Below are positions 26,301 to 38,168 of a stretch of 64,000 bases of DNA, piece after piece. The position numbers and the translations under genes were made by a program. The notes below the pieces were generated by a model. It searched no databases, had not been told where the DNA came from, and saw only the letters and a program-made list of their open reading frames with translations. Source of the stretch: Fistulifera solaris. Its lineage: Eukaryota. Every line of letters begins with the position of its first letter. Position 1 is the first letter of the stretch. The stretch is taken from assembly GCA_030295235.1 (NCBI GenBank), contig AP026150.1, positions 1 through 64,000 on the forward strand. The letters are read 5' to 3'.

Positions 26301-26876
26301 CGCTTTCACTAACGGTGCTGGAGCTGCGCGTTCAAAAGCTACTACCTCGTAGCGATACGATCCATACTGAGCCTGGGCTTCGGCAGTGACGGAAGGAAGT
26401 TTGGTCGTACATTGATCGTTTTGGCAGTCGATTTTCAAGGAAGCGTAAGGACCTGGGTACGTTTCCCACGGATTGCCATCATAGGATCGTGCCATGGGAA
26501 TCCGTACGCCCGTTTCGGCGACGATCCATAGAGAGCAGAGAGTCGAATATGTGGCGCGGGGTTGAATGATCGGAAGAACGAGTGTCATCGTCTCGTTGAA
26601 ATCGGTGAGTGCGACTGCTTGGTCCGGTACGCATTGTACTTGTGAACGCTGATTTGGGGCAGTAGCACATGGGCCGCACAAATGATTGCTCCTCTCACGT
26701 CTCGCTACCAAAGGAGATAAAACACAAACATCTGTGTTGGTATTCAAATCGCACATGGCGATTCGATTCATTCGCGAAAACCTTCGAGGCTTGCCACAAA
26801 GTTGCGAACATCCTTGTGCTGTGCTGCCCAGAAACCTTGTTGCAAGAGCGAAAAGGAATAATATTCTCATTATCAT
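20394..26876 (-). CDS. Secreted DUF1800-DUF1501 fusion protein, copy B (divergent subfamily); introns 24454-24526, 23977-24045, 22687-22764, 22184-22259; one frameshift in the G-run at ~25292
   Basis: Signal peptide MIMRILFLFALATRFLGSTA-Q; AARFLEQATFGPT, DQLRQKVAWVLSQILVV, DENFSREILQLFSIG, YKAVIFLLLEGGYDSFN, LFAHN, GWDHH, SDFART, GSDHAWGG, GRGRIIPT. All four GT-AG introns restore the frame. Confidence 0.9.
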
Positions 26877-29018
26877 TGTGACTAATTCGCCTCGACTTCT
26901 TCAAGGCGAATGATAGCTGTTTGGAAATCAGTTTTCTATTCCACTTTGCGGATTGTGTGTTGGCATTTTGATTTTTGGAGAAGGTTTCGCTGACTTCAAG
27001 CCGAAGTTTATGCTTTTTTGTTGGGACGCACCTATCCAGAAGTTATATGTAACGCTTAAAGTTAGGGCCTTTTTAGAAGTGTCATTTCGGGTTTGTCCGA
27101 GAGCAATGGATACGTGATGGAACACAGGTCACAGGTCACACTGGTCACAGTCCCCAGGCAAAGTGTACATTTTGCACTTGCGAAGGTGCACTATCACTTC
27201 CATTATCATACGATTGACGTACAGAGTACAGAGTAGAGAGTAGAGAGGGCTTTTTGGGAAATGGGGAGTTTTCCGCCTCCTCTATAACAGTATCTCTCTA
27301 GTTCCACAGGTCACAGGTTGCGGGTTGCGGGCCCATGTCTTGGGTTCGGCAACTGATCCATTAATCGATTCTAGTCGTAAGTCGTATTCTCTCTCTCGTT
27401 GATATTGTGTATTGTGACTAGAGGTCAAAGCCCAGAGCCTCTAGCGCTCCGACTCCGAGAGGCAACTGTGCACTGTACAAGTACCAGGTAATTGAGTTAG
27501 GTGTTGAGTGTTGAGTTACTCAACGTTGAGTTCCGGTGGTTGGTGATTGGGATCATTGGTCATTGTCGTTTATGTCAGTACGATCACTCTTGAAGTGAAT
27601 AATTCTACGGGGTAAAGAGACTTTTTTGATTCGTGAAAGAACACTGTGCCTGAAAAGTCTCTCAAAAAGATAATTTTACGCAAGTCTTATCTGTGTTCCG
27701 TCAACAGTCAATACTACCGTAATATCGCTTCGAAAGTAGACATGCCTCCCTAAAAGTGGTATAATAGATAATAGAGCGGAGTTTGTTCATGATCGACCTA
27801 TCAAGATCATTCCTTTCCCAGTGACGGAACCGACCACAACCCATCACGAAATCTCGAACATCGTGTTCGAGCCACACTGCTACCTCGCCGCTGTTTGATC
27901 TACTATACTGGAACCAAAATAGCTATGATCACTATGTTGTCCCCCAAACCTGGTGCCTTGTTGCCAGGGCGAAAAGAAATAATACTCTCATTGTCATTTT
28001 GATAATAAAGTCTTGTCTTTAAGGAATCCATTCACTATTGCGAAAGCGCAAGTCGGCTTATTCATTTGGCTGGAAATGAATTAGGCCAAAGGTTGTGTTT
28101 TGTGTTTGGCGCAAACACATCGGCTGCGCTATAAACTGCCTGTGTATAAAGTATTGATGGGATACAACGCTGTCTTTTTGCATGAAAAATGGCTAATTTC
28201 TGATCGCAAACTTTAATTTGGTAAAGTTATCCCTTGCGCAGACTGATTCTCACTAGATTGCAGCCAAAAAAACTAAAGGAGGATAAAGATTATAATGATC
28301 AGCAGTCTGTCGTTAATATGTGCGGGCGGCGAACAAAGTGAGGCGAAACTAAAATCGGTATTCGGTCTTTAAGTCAAATTCACTGAAAAATTAACGTTTT
28401 ACTATTTATTCCTAATTTCCGAAACCAAGGAAGATTCTTTAAGTACAAAGTACAGGTTTTCGTTGTCTTTGGTCAGACCCAAAGTCATTGGGAAACTGAA
28501 AAGTCATTGTGACTTTGTCATCATACTATGCGCTCTTGGGTCGTGGGGCACCTGTACGTTTGTAAGCACAAAAATTTTGCTGGGAGTGTTTACTACTATG
28601 CCCCCCTTCATTGGATGACTTTTTGACCTTTGTGACTTGAAGGATGAGGTCGGAGTACGATACATTTCCCCGCTACGTTTTTGCTTTCCGCATCGTTTCC
28701 TCAATCAACAACTTACGTGAGGATTATTATCGCCTCGAAAAGTCTCTTGAGAAGTTTCCAGCAAGATCAAAGACGAACTCCCTTTCATTCTCAACTCGAA
28801 GGCTACTCTATTGGTCCGCAAGAAAAGGTCCCTGGGCTCAGTCGCGGCAAGCATACTTTTCTCTTTTTGATTTTCGCGAATGCCCCTTCGTAAAAACTGA
28901 CTTTCACCACAATTATTATCTCGTGCAACAATTTCATAGCGCCTTGCTTTCGTAATATCTACTTCACAAGATGCCTATTCATAAACTCAATTATCATAAA
29001 GCGCCCGTCAACTCTGTC

Positions 29019-32000
29019 ATGATGCTGAAACAAGGTATGTTTATGAATTCATTGTGTCGAGAAGGGAGCTGCTCTTACCTTTTGTTTGCAAAGTCTTCGT
29101 GCTACTTTGGCTCATCTTCTCCCAAAGTGCCGACGCTCGTCGGACACCCATCAGAGATTTTATGAGAAGAATCAGTGGGGAGATTTTTCCTGTCGGTTGG
29201 GCAGTACAGTTTCATTGACCACTTATCGAGAAACAACCGATATGCGACTTGTCAACACGAAGACATCACCATCCGAAGTGTGTGTGCTTTGGAGAATCAC
29301 TTCGACAGGTGCTCGTATCCCTGTGGGGCGTTCATACGATGGAAACGATTGGGAAGCACATAGTGGACCGTATGCGACGCAAAAATTCACCTGCAGTGGC
29401 ACCACTTGCACGACCAATCTCCCGGCCAAATCAGACACGGAGCGATACGAGTTGGTTTCTTACCAGCGAAGAGCACTCAGTAAAGACGAGACGGCGGCGC
29501 GATTTTTGGAGCAAACCACGTTTGGTCCTCGCCGTGACGAGATTCGCGCATTTCCGGATGCTACAACGCAAACTTTTATCCAGTGGATTTTGAACCAATC
29601 GAATCTGCCAATTACTTCCCACCGCGCTGAATATCGAAAGCGCCTCAATCATCGCTTCCCTGCTAGTGGGAAAACGCGAGTTGGTCGTGTGACTCATCCG
29701 TGCGAGGCAGGCACCCGTTATCGTCGGGCGGCGTTCACCGACAAAGATCGTGATGCTATGGTGGAAATCAAAACTTTGTCCTCAACACAGAAAGCCCTTT
29801 CGATCGACGGCAACCTACGCACAGTAATCAATGCAAATCAGCTTTACGCGAATGCCGTACAAACAAGTCAGCAACTAGCAGACGGGAAGTAAGTATGAAT
29901 CGATGTCTAGTCTATTCCAATTTATCACCATTCGAGCTCATCATGACATCTTTCATTCAACAGATATCTCATTTGCGATATAGTTGAACCACGGATCGGT
30001 GGACAACTTCCTCTACAGCACAATGGAGTTTGCGGAAATCTATTTGCCGATAGTACCGAAGTCGGAAATCCAGCCATTGCTTTGGATTCTTCAAGTGCAC
30101 TGACAGTTACCATTGTTGATCTCAGCAATAAAGTGAAGGTAGTGGACACTCAATATCACGATGCTGAGCAATCGCTTCTTGTAACAATTCCATTGAGTCA
30201 ATGTACCCAAGTCTCTCAAGAAAGTCATGTCTTCGGTTTTTACAACGGCAAATACTGGCTTCATGATCCCCGCTTAGTAGTCCAAGACAATACGGTGGAG
30301 AACCCGAACGCCGAAGTGTGTACTTCTGCTCCGCCAACCTTCCTGAACGAGGCATCGTGTGTCCTTGCTGAAACTACCCCTTGCGTTACCACAATTGATC
30401 TGTCGGACTTACCTTCGACGGTTGACTTGACGGTGTCTACATTGCAACAAGTTTACGAGGAAACCGGTAAACTGATGTATGCCGTCTCTGGGCTTCGAGG
30501 ACCGTGGGAGCCTCCCTGTAAAGCGGAAACATTTTCTCGATGGGTTGTTGTCGCAGACGATTGTACGGACGCAACAATCAAAGACGCCACTCGCTCTTTT
30601 CTCCAAAACTTGATGACACGTGCGAAAGATAAGCAAAGCAACCCTAACATCCTAGATATCTTTGCGCCCTTTGCCGGATGCGATGCCACTGACGTGAGCA
30701 AATCTGGCTATAAGATTTCTGCCAACGGAAAATGTTACAAGAACGTCCATCCAAATCACTGGCAGGTGTTTGATTTCACCAAGTGGGCCGATGAGCATCC
30801 AGGCGGGGCACCCGCAATCAAACAATTCGCTTTGAGTGGAACATTCATGTTAAACTTCCCGGACTGGCACACCATGGAGCGTTGGACCACTAACATGAAG
30901 CAATTTACAAACATTGGACGTTTTGGCGACACCGTAACGAACCATCCTGCTTTTAAAGTACCGCAATCTGCACCGATTGAAGGTGGGCTTGCGTTGGTAT
31001 GTGGCAGCCCTTTCGAAGTTGCCAACAATGCATCGCTAGCCGGTTCTTTGCTCGAGGGCGCATTCGATGTTATCACGACCGACAACCACACGACTTCAGA
31101 ATCGTCTCTGATGGAGCAGAACTTGATGATTTGGATGGATGTTGCGTTGTCGAGCAAGGATCAGTTGAGACAGCGTATTGCGTGGGCATTGAGTCAAATC
31201 CTGGTTATATCCCCATCTAGCATTGAAGCTTGGTACACAAATGAACTTTTCCTTACGTACTACGACATCTTTGTAAGACACGCCTTCGGGAACTACCGCG
31301 ATATCCTCAAAGAAGTTTCCTATTCTCCGGCAATGGCAGAAATGTTAAGCTATTTGTGGTCAGCCAGGTACGTTAGGGTTCGTGTTTGTCTCATGTGGGT
31401 TCCGGTTCATCTCGTCAAAAAAAACAGTGGCATCATTTCTAACCAATTCTTGCAATCCACAGTACCAATATAATTTTTGAATGGTCTCAGCTGTTGCAGT
31501 TTCCGGATGAGAACTTCGCTAGAGAAGTGATGCAGTTGTTCTCGATAGGGTTAACTCAACTCAACCAAGACGGAACCCCTCTGTTAGATGAAAACAAACT
31601 CCCCGTGCTGACCTATTCGAACGATGACATTATGGAGTACGCCAGAATGTGGACCGGATTCAAGCAACAGCCTCGTCGAAACAACGTTGAGGAGTTTCCC
31701 TCGCCCTGGACTGGAAGTCTTGTGGATCCTTTGATGATTGACATCCAACTCCGCGACAGCCTTCCTAAAGTAAGTTGATTGTCGTTTCAAATGTGTCAGC
31801 CGATATTCCATGAAGCCTGACAAAGCTCGCAGATGGGTTTGAATCGTGTTTATGTAGGTGACGGATACCCGTTGTGCGTAGACTTGCCAAGCCAGCACTT
31901 TCTCAAACGTGGGGCAACCTACAAATTGTTGGGCCCCAAACCAAATCCCCGACTTTTATCCGACCCCGAAAGCTGGACAGACTCCGAGACGACGAAGGGC

Positions 32001-35000
32001 ATCGCTCTGGACCAAAACTCCAATTTATACAAGGCACTATGCAACCTTTCGAGTGGGGTGTGTTCATATCCCGCGATGGTTGTCTTGCAGTCAAACATGG
32101 TTTGCACGGGAGTAGAGTGCGACATTGACGAACCCCGCATTGTGAAAGTAAGCGACATGTATTACGAGTATTCACGTTTCCCTTGTGTTGAACAATCGTT
32201 TTTCAGCAACCCGACAATGATGACCAACCAATGGGGATGGTCCTACTGTGCCGATCGACGTGCCGCAGCAGGTTCTCTTGTATGTTGCCCCAACGACTAT
32301 GGTGACGCCGACATCAGCTTCGTAAAATTCGATGGAGAAAAGTTAAAATTCGATCGAGCTGCAGCACGCTGCACGGCGAATGGCATGAAGCTGTGTGACA
32401 GTCCATGGTGGGATTGCAACGACTGCAACGAACAGCTTGGTTATTGGACAAGTCATTCCTGTAGCTTGGCTGTTAAAATACATCGCGACGGAAAAGTCGG
32501 GATTGTGCACGACGTCGTTGACATTGAGAAAATTTACAGAAGCGTGCATTACAATGTTGACAAACAAACAAAGACGTCATTTCGGGTGGACTGGCAAGGA
32601 CCACTAGATTCATTCCTAAGTTCGTACAACACTCAATGTGCTTCGTCAGGCTGCAAGTTAGATCCTCTGGAAAATCTATGCATATGTCCTGTCGCCGCAG
32701 TAACGAATAGTGCAGTGTTTAACAGCGCTCCAACGGTGAACCAAGTCCTTCGTCAATTGCCTATTGGATCGTTCGCGCCAGACATCTTGGCAGGAAGTTA
32801 TAGTGCGAGAGATGTTGGCAATGGCGTTCTGATGCATTCCACGGACGGTTTATTTTCGGCCAAATCCGTTTTCCAGGTAAAAGATTCCAATGGAGTTACA
32901 CATTTTCGAAAGAACGTCAAGTCGACCGTCACAGTGGGTTCAGGAGGGTTATCTTTCCGTAACCCACCCCACTTCATTTCGCTTGCGTTTCCCGAGGTCC
33001 GCGACGCCGTATACGAAACAGATGCCGGTCTTGATCACTATTTCGTAAGTATGAAAACGCCAATGCACATGGATCGTTCCTAACCACATTACTGACACAT
33101 CACCTCCCTTTTTTCCTTTAGTATCATCCTAACGTCGCTCCATTCCTAGCCTCACGAATGCTGCAACGATTCGGTCAATCTAATCCATCTCCCCGAATGA
33201 TTGCTACGGTTGCAAATGCGTTTCGAACCGGCGTTTACTCTGTGGGAGGTGTTAATCTTGGAAGCAAAAAGTACGGCGACATGTTTGCTATGATGGCTGC
33301 CATCCTACTTGATCGCGAATCTCGAGCTCCTATTCTTGATGCTGATCCTGTTTTTGGGTCACTCCAGGAACCGTTTCTCCGCTATGTTCGCACAATGAGG
33401 TCGCTCGAATTTACATCATCTCCCGATTCTCCCTTCGTTCGCTTCCAAGCGTATCTTCCTAATGATCTCGGCCAGCAACCGCACTCGCAACCAAATGTAT
33501 TCTCCTATTTCAAACCAGAATTCACTCCGGCCGGACCTGTTGGAAACGCCGGTCTTTATTGCCCGGAGTGTCAGCTTACCGACGGACCGAAGGCGATCAC
33601 ATTGATGAATGCGTTGAACAGTCTTCTCAAATACGGATTGAGCCCAGACTACGGCGGGTTCGGATACGGACGAGACCTTGAGCCAGTGAAGGGCGATTAC
33701 TCGAACTCGTTTGGACACTTGGCCTTGAAGCTGAGCGATTCAATGACTACAAGTCAGGTGGTAGACGAGCTCGCCTTGCTACTAACAGCTGGTAGATTGA
33801 GTGCTCAAAAGCGGACCATGATGGTGAATGTGTTCAACTCGCTCGTCTCAAGGGCACAAGGCATTATCACAGTCGAGCAAATGATGCTGACGACGCCCGA
33901 GTTTCACACTAATAGCTTATCTCAGAATGGCGGCGGTGCCGTCTCCCCACCTCCTACACCTTCGCTGAATACAAGGCCTTACAAAGCAGTGATTTACGTG
34001 ATGCTTTCGGGTGGATTAGACTCTTTCAACATGTTTGTTCCCCAAACTTGTACTGGGAAAAATAGTGATGGTGTCACTGTCAACCAACAATACATGACAG
34101 AGCGTGGGGAGTTAGCAATTCCACTTGGTGAGCGTTCCTTGCAAATCACTGCTACCGGTCAGCCGTGTTCGACTTTCGCTATTCACAAAGACCTGCCGCT
34201 CTTCCGAACTCTTTACAATGCGGGCGATTTGACGTTCTTTGCAAACACGGGAGTACTGAACGAAGTGAGCGGGATCGACAAAATTAATTACATGGCCAAG
34301 ACACGCGTTCAGCTCTTCGCTCACAACTGGATGCAACAGGAATCAAAAACGATGGACCCAAAGGCAGCCAAATATGGCACAGGCGTCCTTGGTCGACTGA
34401 GCTCAGCGTTGAACGACAAAGGATACACACCAGGATCTGTTTCGTTTGATCGAGAATCGATTTCCAACGCGCCAGAACGTACCAAAACACCCCGTCCGAT
34501 TGTTGTGAGTCCCTACGGTGTTAGCGAATTCGACATCAAACCTTGGGAAGAAAAGTTTGACTTGACGTCATATGCCAAGCAGCTGAACGCCAAGCCGAGC
34601 CCGGGTGACTCCTTGTTTGGTCAGACATGGTCGTCCAGATTCATAGATGGCATGAACGAGGCACAATTTTTCCAGGATAAGATTGAGCAAGCTCCTTTAG
34701 GTGGTCATTGGGGCTGGGATATGGGGCACATTGGATATCAGTTCCGCATGCTCTCCAAGCTCGTGAAAAGTCGCGGCGTGAGAGGTGTGGATCGCGATGT
34801 ATTCTACACCGAGTTCGGTGGCTGGGATCATCATGACAATCAAGTCTGGGGCTTGCAAAGCGGTTTCCAGGAATTGAATAAATCTCTGAACTTGCTCATT
34901 ACAGAACTCAAGCTCCAAAATGTCTGGAACGACGTGACGATTGTTCTTGCCTCTGAATTCGGGCGCACCCTTACGCCCAACTCGGGCGGTGGTTCCGATC

Positions 35001-35352
35001 ACGGTTGGGGAGGGCATTATGCGATTATGGGAGGTGATGTGAAAGGAGGAAAGGTTCTCGGTCTTTATCCTACCGACTTGACCGAGAAAGGACCGCTGAA
35101 TGTCGGACGTGGGCGTTTCATTCCTACGACAAGTTGGGATGCTGTATGGAACGGTATTGCGCAGTGGATGGGAATTACCACAGAAACTGAGCTTGATTAT
35201 TGCTTGCCGAATCGAAAGGCGACTTCCGGTGTAAATGGATTTACAAATCTCTTTTCGCGAAGCGATCTTTTCAATCCATTGCTCGACAAAGACATTTGCG
35301 TGAACGAAAAGCTGCTTCTGAGGAATCGGAAGAAATACAAACCGAGACTTAA
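29019..35352 (+). CDS. Secreted DUF1800-DUF1501 fusion protein, copy C; introns 29035-29093, 29889-29963, 31368-31462, 31770-31832, 33045-33121; homopolymer frameshifts at ~29178 and ~35270
   Basis: A 16-nt first exon plus exon 2 give the signal peptide MMLKQVFVLLWLIFSQSADA; full DUF1800 and DUF1501 motif set. Alignment with copy D indicates one T missing at ~35270, giving the end DLFQSIARQRHLRERK...TET* (stop 35350-35352). Confidence 0.9.
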
Positions 35353-35506
35353 GGTAAATAGAAAGTTTGTAACAATAGTAAAGAATAGATATTGTTAAAA
35401 TGGATTGTCTTTTTCATTTGTGTGTTGTGCTTTTTGCAGAAATCGTCTCTGCGGACGACGAGGAATGAAGAACGAGGCGTCCTAGCTTGACGCGAAGCAC
35501 TACTCA

Positions 35507-35670
35507 CCCAGATTTTCTGTGAGTGTGAAGACACCTCACCTCCAGATTCTCTGTCCGAATGAGAACACGGTGACAACAACTCTCTCCCAGATTTTCTGTG
35601 GATGTGAAAACAACACTCCCCCAGAGCTTCTACTGATGTGAAAACAACAATCACCCAGATTTTCTGTGTA
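35507..35670. repeat. Degenerate ~34-bp tandem repeat, 5 units
   Basis: Core YCCAGATTTTCTGTG..TGTGAAAACAAC starts at 35507, 35541, 35586, 35620, 35654. Confidence 0.8.
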
Positions 35671-35849
35671 CTCATTTGTAAACTACAAATTATTTGTTCA
35701 CAGCTTATTGCGATTCGATCCTGTTTATTATGCGCATCCGCATCACAAAAGCATTCATTCAATTGTAATTCATCGTTTCGTCTTTGTTTCCATTTATCGC
35801 TTATTCACTTCCATCGCTTTACTTCCCTGCAAAGCGTACATTAGGAATC

Positions 35850-36470
35850 TGAGCCTCTTTTTGGAACTCATTCCGTCGTCCCTTCTCAAGTTCGAGCACG
35901 CAGTACGCTGGGAGCAAGCGGGCGTAAAACCTACGTACAAATTGTTTCGAACGCTCACCAATCTGCAGGAACTCGAAAGTTATAAGGAATATGTGATTAT
36001 GTTACATGATAAGGGCACTCTCATCCGTCTTTTGCCGGAATGAATAATTGATTTGCCTGTTTTTGACTGATCGCGAGGTGTGCGCGTCATTCGATGAGGA
36101 TGACCTTTCGTTGCACATTGCTGGTGAAAATGACGAGTCTCTTGCTGAAACAGAAGCCTATCTGATAGACTTGGACGTGAAGTGTCCAGAGGAAAGGTGG
36201 TTTGAAGTTTGCGTATCTGGTGAGGAGTCCTCGATTTCCGTGCCGCTGGATCCCAGTGTTTCATCCGTCTGTTTGAGATCACTCCGTCACGAAGAGTGAT
36301 TTTGAGCAGCTTGTTACTAATTTTTGAGCAATATATCACTTTAGTAACAAGAGATCATTTTGTGGCGCTAGAATTCGTCCTCAGTATGTTTGAGGATGGG
36401 GGTACCGCTTTTTTGGATGCGCTCGAGAACCAGCAAGAATCCATTGGTTTACTATCGTTGGCATGAAAAA
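35850..36470 (+). pseudogene. Disrupted remnant of an unidentified protein-coding gene
   Basis: Protein-like fragments in different frames separated by stops: LFLELIP..PTYKLFRTLTNLQELESY, LSLHIAGENDESLAETEAYL, FEDGGTAFLDALENQQESIGLLSL. Confidence 0.45.
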
Positions 36471-37068
36471 GCCAGCCAATGAAAGCAACATGCAACAACT
36501 CTCCGCAATCTTTTCTAGCAACCGGAATGTAGTAGTAACAAATGAGGGTGGTACTTGTAATGTTTATGCTATCTCTACGACATCCTGCAACGTCCTGATC
36601 ACTTTCCCGTTGTTCAATGTAAACCGGCATCTTGTCCGTTGAGAAAGGAGCAACTTTCGGTTAACATTCACGTAAACTTGCACATATATGGTGTTGTACA
36701 TTATTGTCCGATGCTCTCACGACAAACCTGACTCGGATGCTTTTTATCTGATACTTCCTGTGCCGGGAAGAAAATTTGAAAAATTTTTGGCAACCTTTTG
36801 TCCGTTGTTGCTCACCTGTGACAAGCACTATTTGGCCCGATGTACCACCTTCGTCTAAATATTCATACATTTAGACGAAAAACAGCTTCGGTGCTCCTTT
36901 TGTCGCTCTTCCCTCGAAATTCTCCACCTATTTTTGAGAGAGGCGGAGTTCCACTCGCGCTTACATCCATAACCAAGCCACAAACAACCAAAGGATCGTG
37001 ACAAATTATCACCAACGTTCATCTCTATTCATTATTTTTATTCGTCACTCTTCAAAAATCGCTAAGAA

Positions 37069-38168
37069 ATGAAATTCACAGCAGCATACTTGGGGCTTTG
37101 TCTTTTCGCTTCGGCGGAGGCTGCGCAATTCACGCAATCGTTTCTCGAATATCAAGCGAGTGGAGAGAACCGCGGAGGCGCTTTTGAAGAGATGAAAACC
37201 ACCATGACTGCTTCTTACGGCTCACGCCGATTGACCCATACTCTCCCTCCCTTCATCGTCCCTCGCGAGTGCAATTATAGCGCCATCAATCACACTCCCA
37301 CGTCGACAAATCCCATTGATCAGTTTGTCTGCCCGGATCGATGCGGAACAGGCCGAACCTTTACACTTCGCATAGCCTCGACATGCGACGGACCTTACGA
37401 CGACGCAGGAACTACGTGCAGTGCAGTTATTCAGTGTGGAATCACAGGATGCACGAACGGTCTGTCCCAATGTCCGCCTATAGAAATCGTGGACTTTAAC
37501 AGCGCCATCGATGAAGCTTGCGATGTTTTGTGTGATGCCGCCCCTGCTCCGACACCGGTAGCTGCTCCTGTCCCCGTCCCGGTGGCAGTGCCCGTTCCCC
37601 AGCCCGTGGTTTCACCGGTAGGACCTCCGGTAGCCATTCCGACGCCCGTAAGCGTACCGACGCCCCTCAGTTCTCCGGTAGCGATCCCCACACCCGTGTC
37701 TCCCACACTTCCAACCCCCATTTCGACCCCAGTGAGTGTACCTACCCTTCCCACTCCCATTGGAACCCCTGTGTTTGTCCCTTCGCCAGTGAGTCCTCCG
37801 GTTTTGGGTCCTATTAGCGGCAAGCGTACCGGAAATGTCGCGGCGGTGAATGCTCCCATCTCCGTGCCTCTTTCGACTCTTTCGTCTCCGGTGGCTCCTG
37901 TCGCCGAAGCCCCGGTGGAAGCGCCCGTTGAGACTGTGGAGGCTGCAACTACCGAAAGTGGCACCGTGCGAGGCAGCAGCAGCACCACCAAGTCGACGAA
38001 ATCGAAGAAATCCAAATCGGTAAGTGAAGGACGTTTATGTTGCTTTATCGGAACCGATTGAATATATCTAACCTCTTGATGTTTTTTTTTTGTTTGTGAC
38101 AGTCATCTTATTGCGATGATAGTGCGAATGGCAACAAGAAAAGATGTTTGAAGCGAAAGTCTACTTAA
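37069..38168 (+). CDS. Secreted Pro/Thr/Val-rich (mucin/extensin-like) protein with a Cys-rich domain and Lys/Ser-rich tail (~338 aa; intron 38020-38102)
   Basis: Signal peptide MKFTAAYLGLCLFASAEA; SRRL motif; 10-Cys domain; PVA(V/I)PTP repeats; KSTKSKKSKS; short second exon SSYCDDSANGNKKRCLKRKST*. Confidence 0.85.

Noticed and set aside
32405..32435. CxxC motifs (WDCNDCN; also CPEC later) as c-type heme attachment sites
   Set aside because: No His follows the second Cys in any copy; disulfides are more likely
35507..35670. CRISPR-like array
   Set aside because: Units are degenerate and directly tandem with no unique spacers; no cas genes; eukaryotic context
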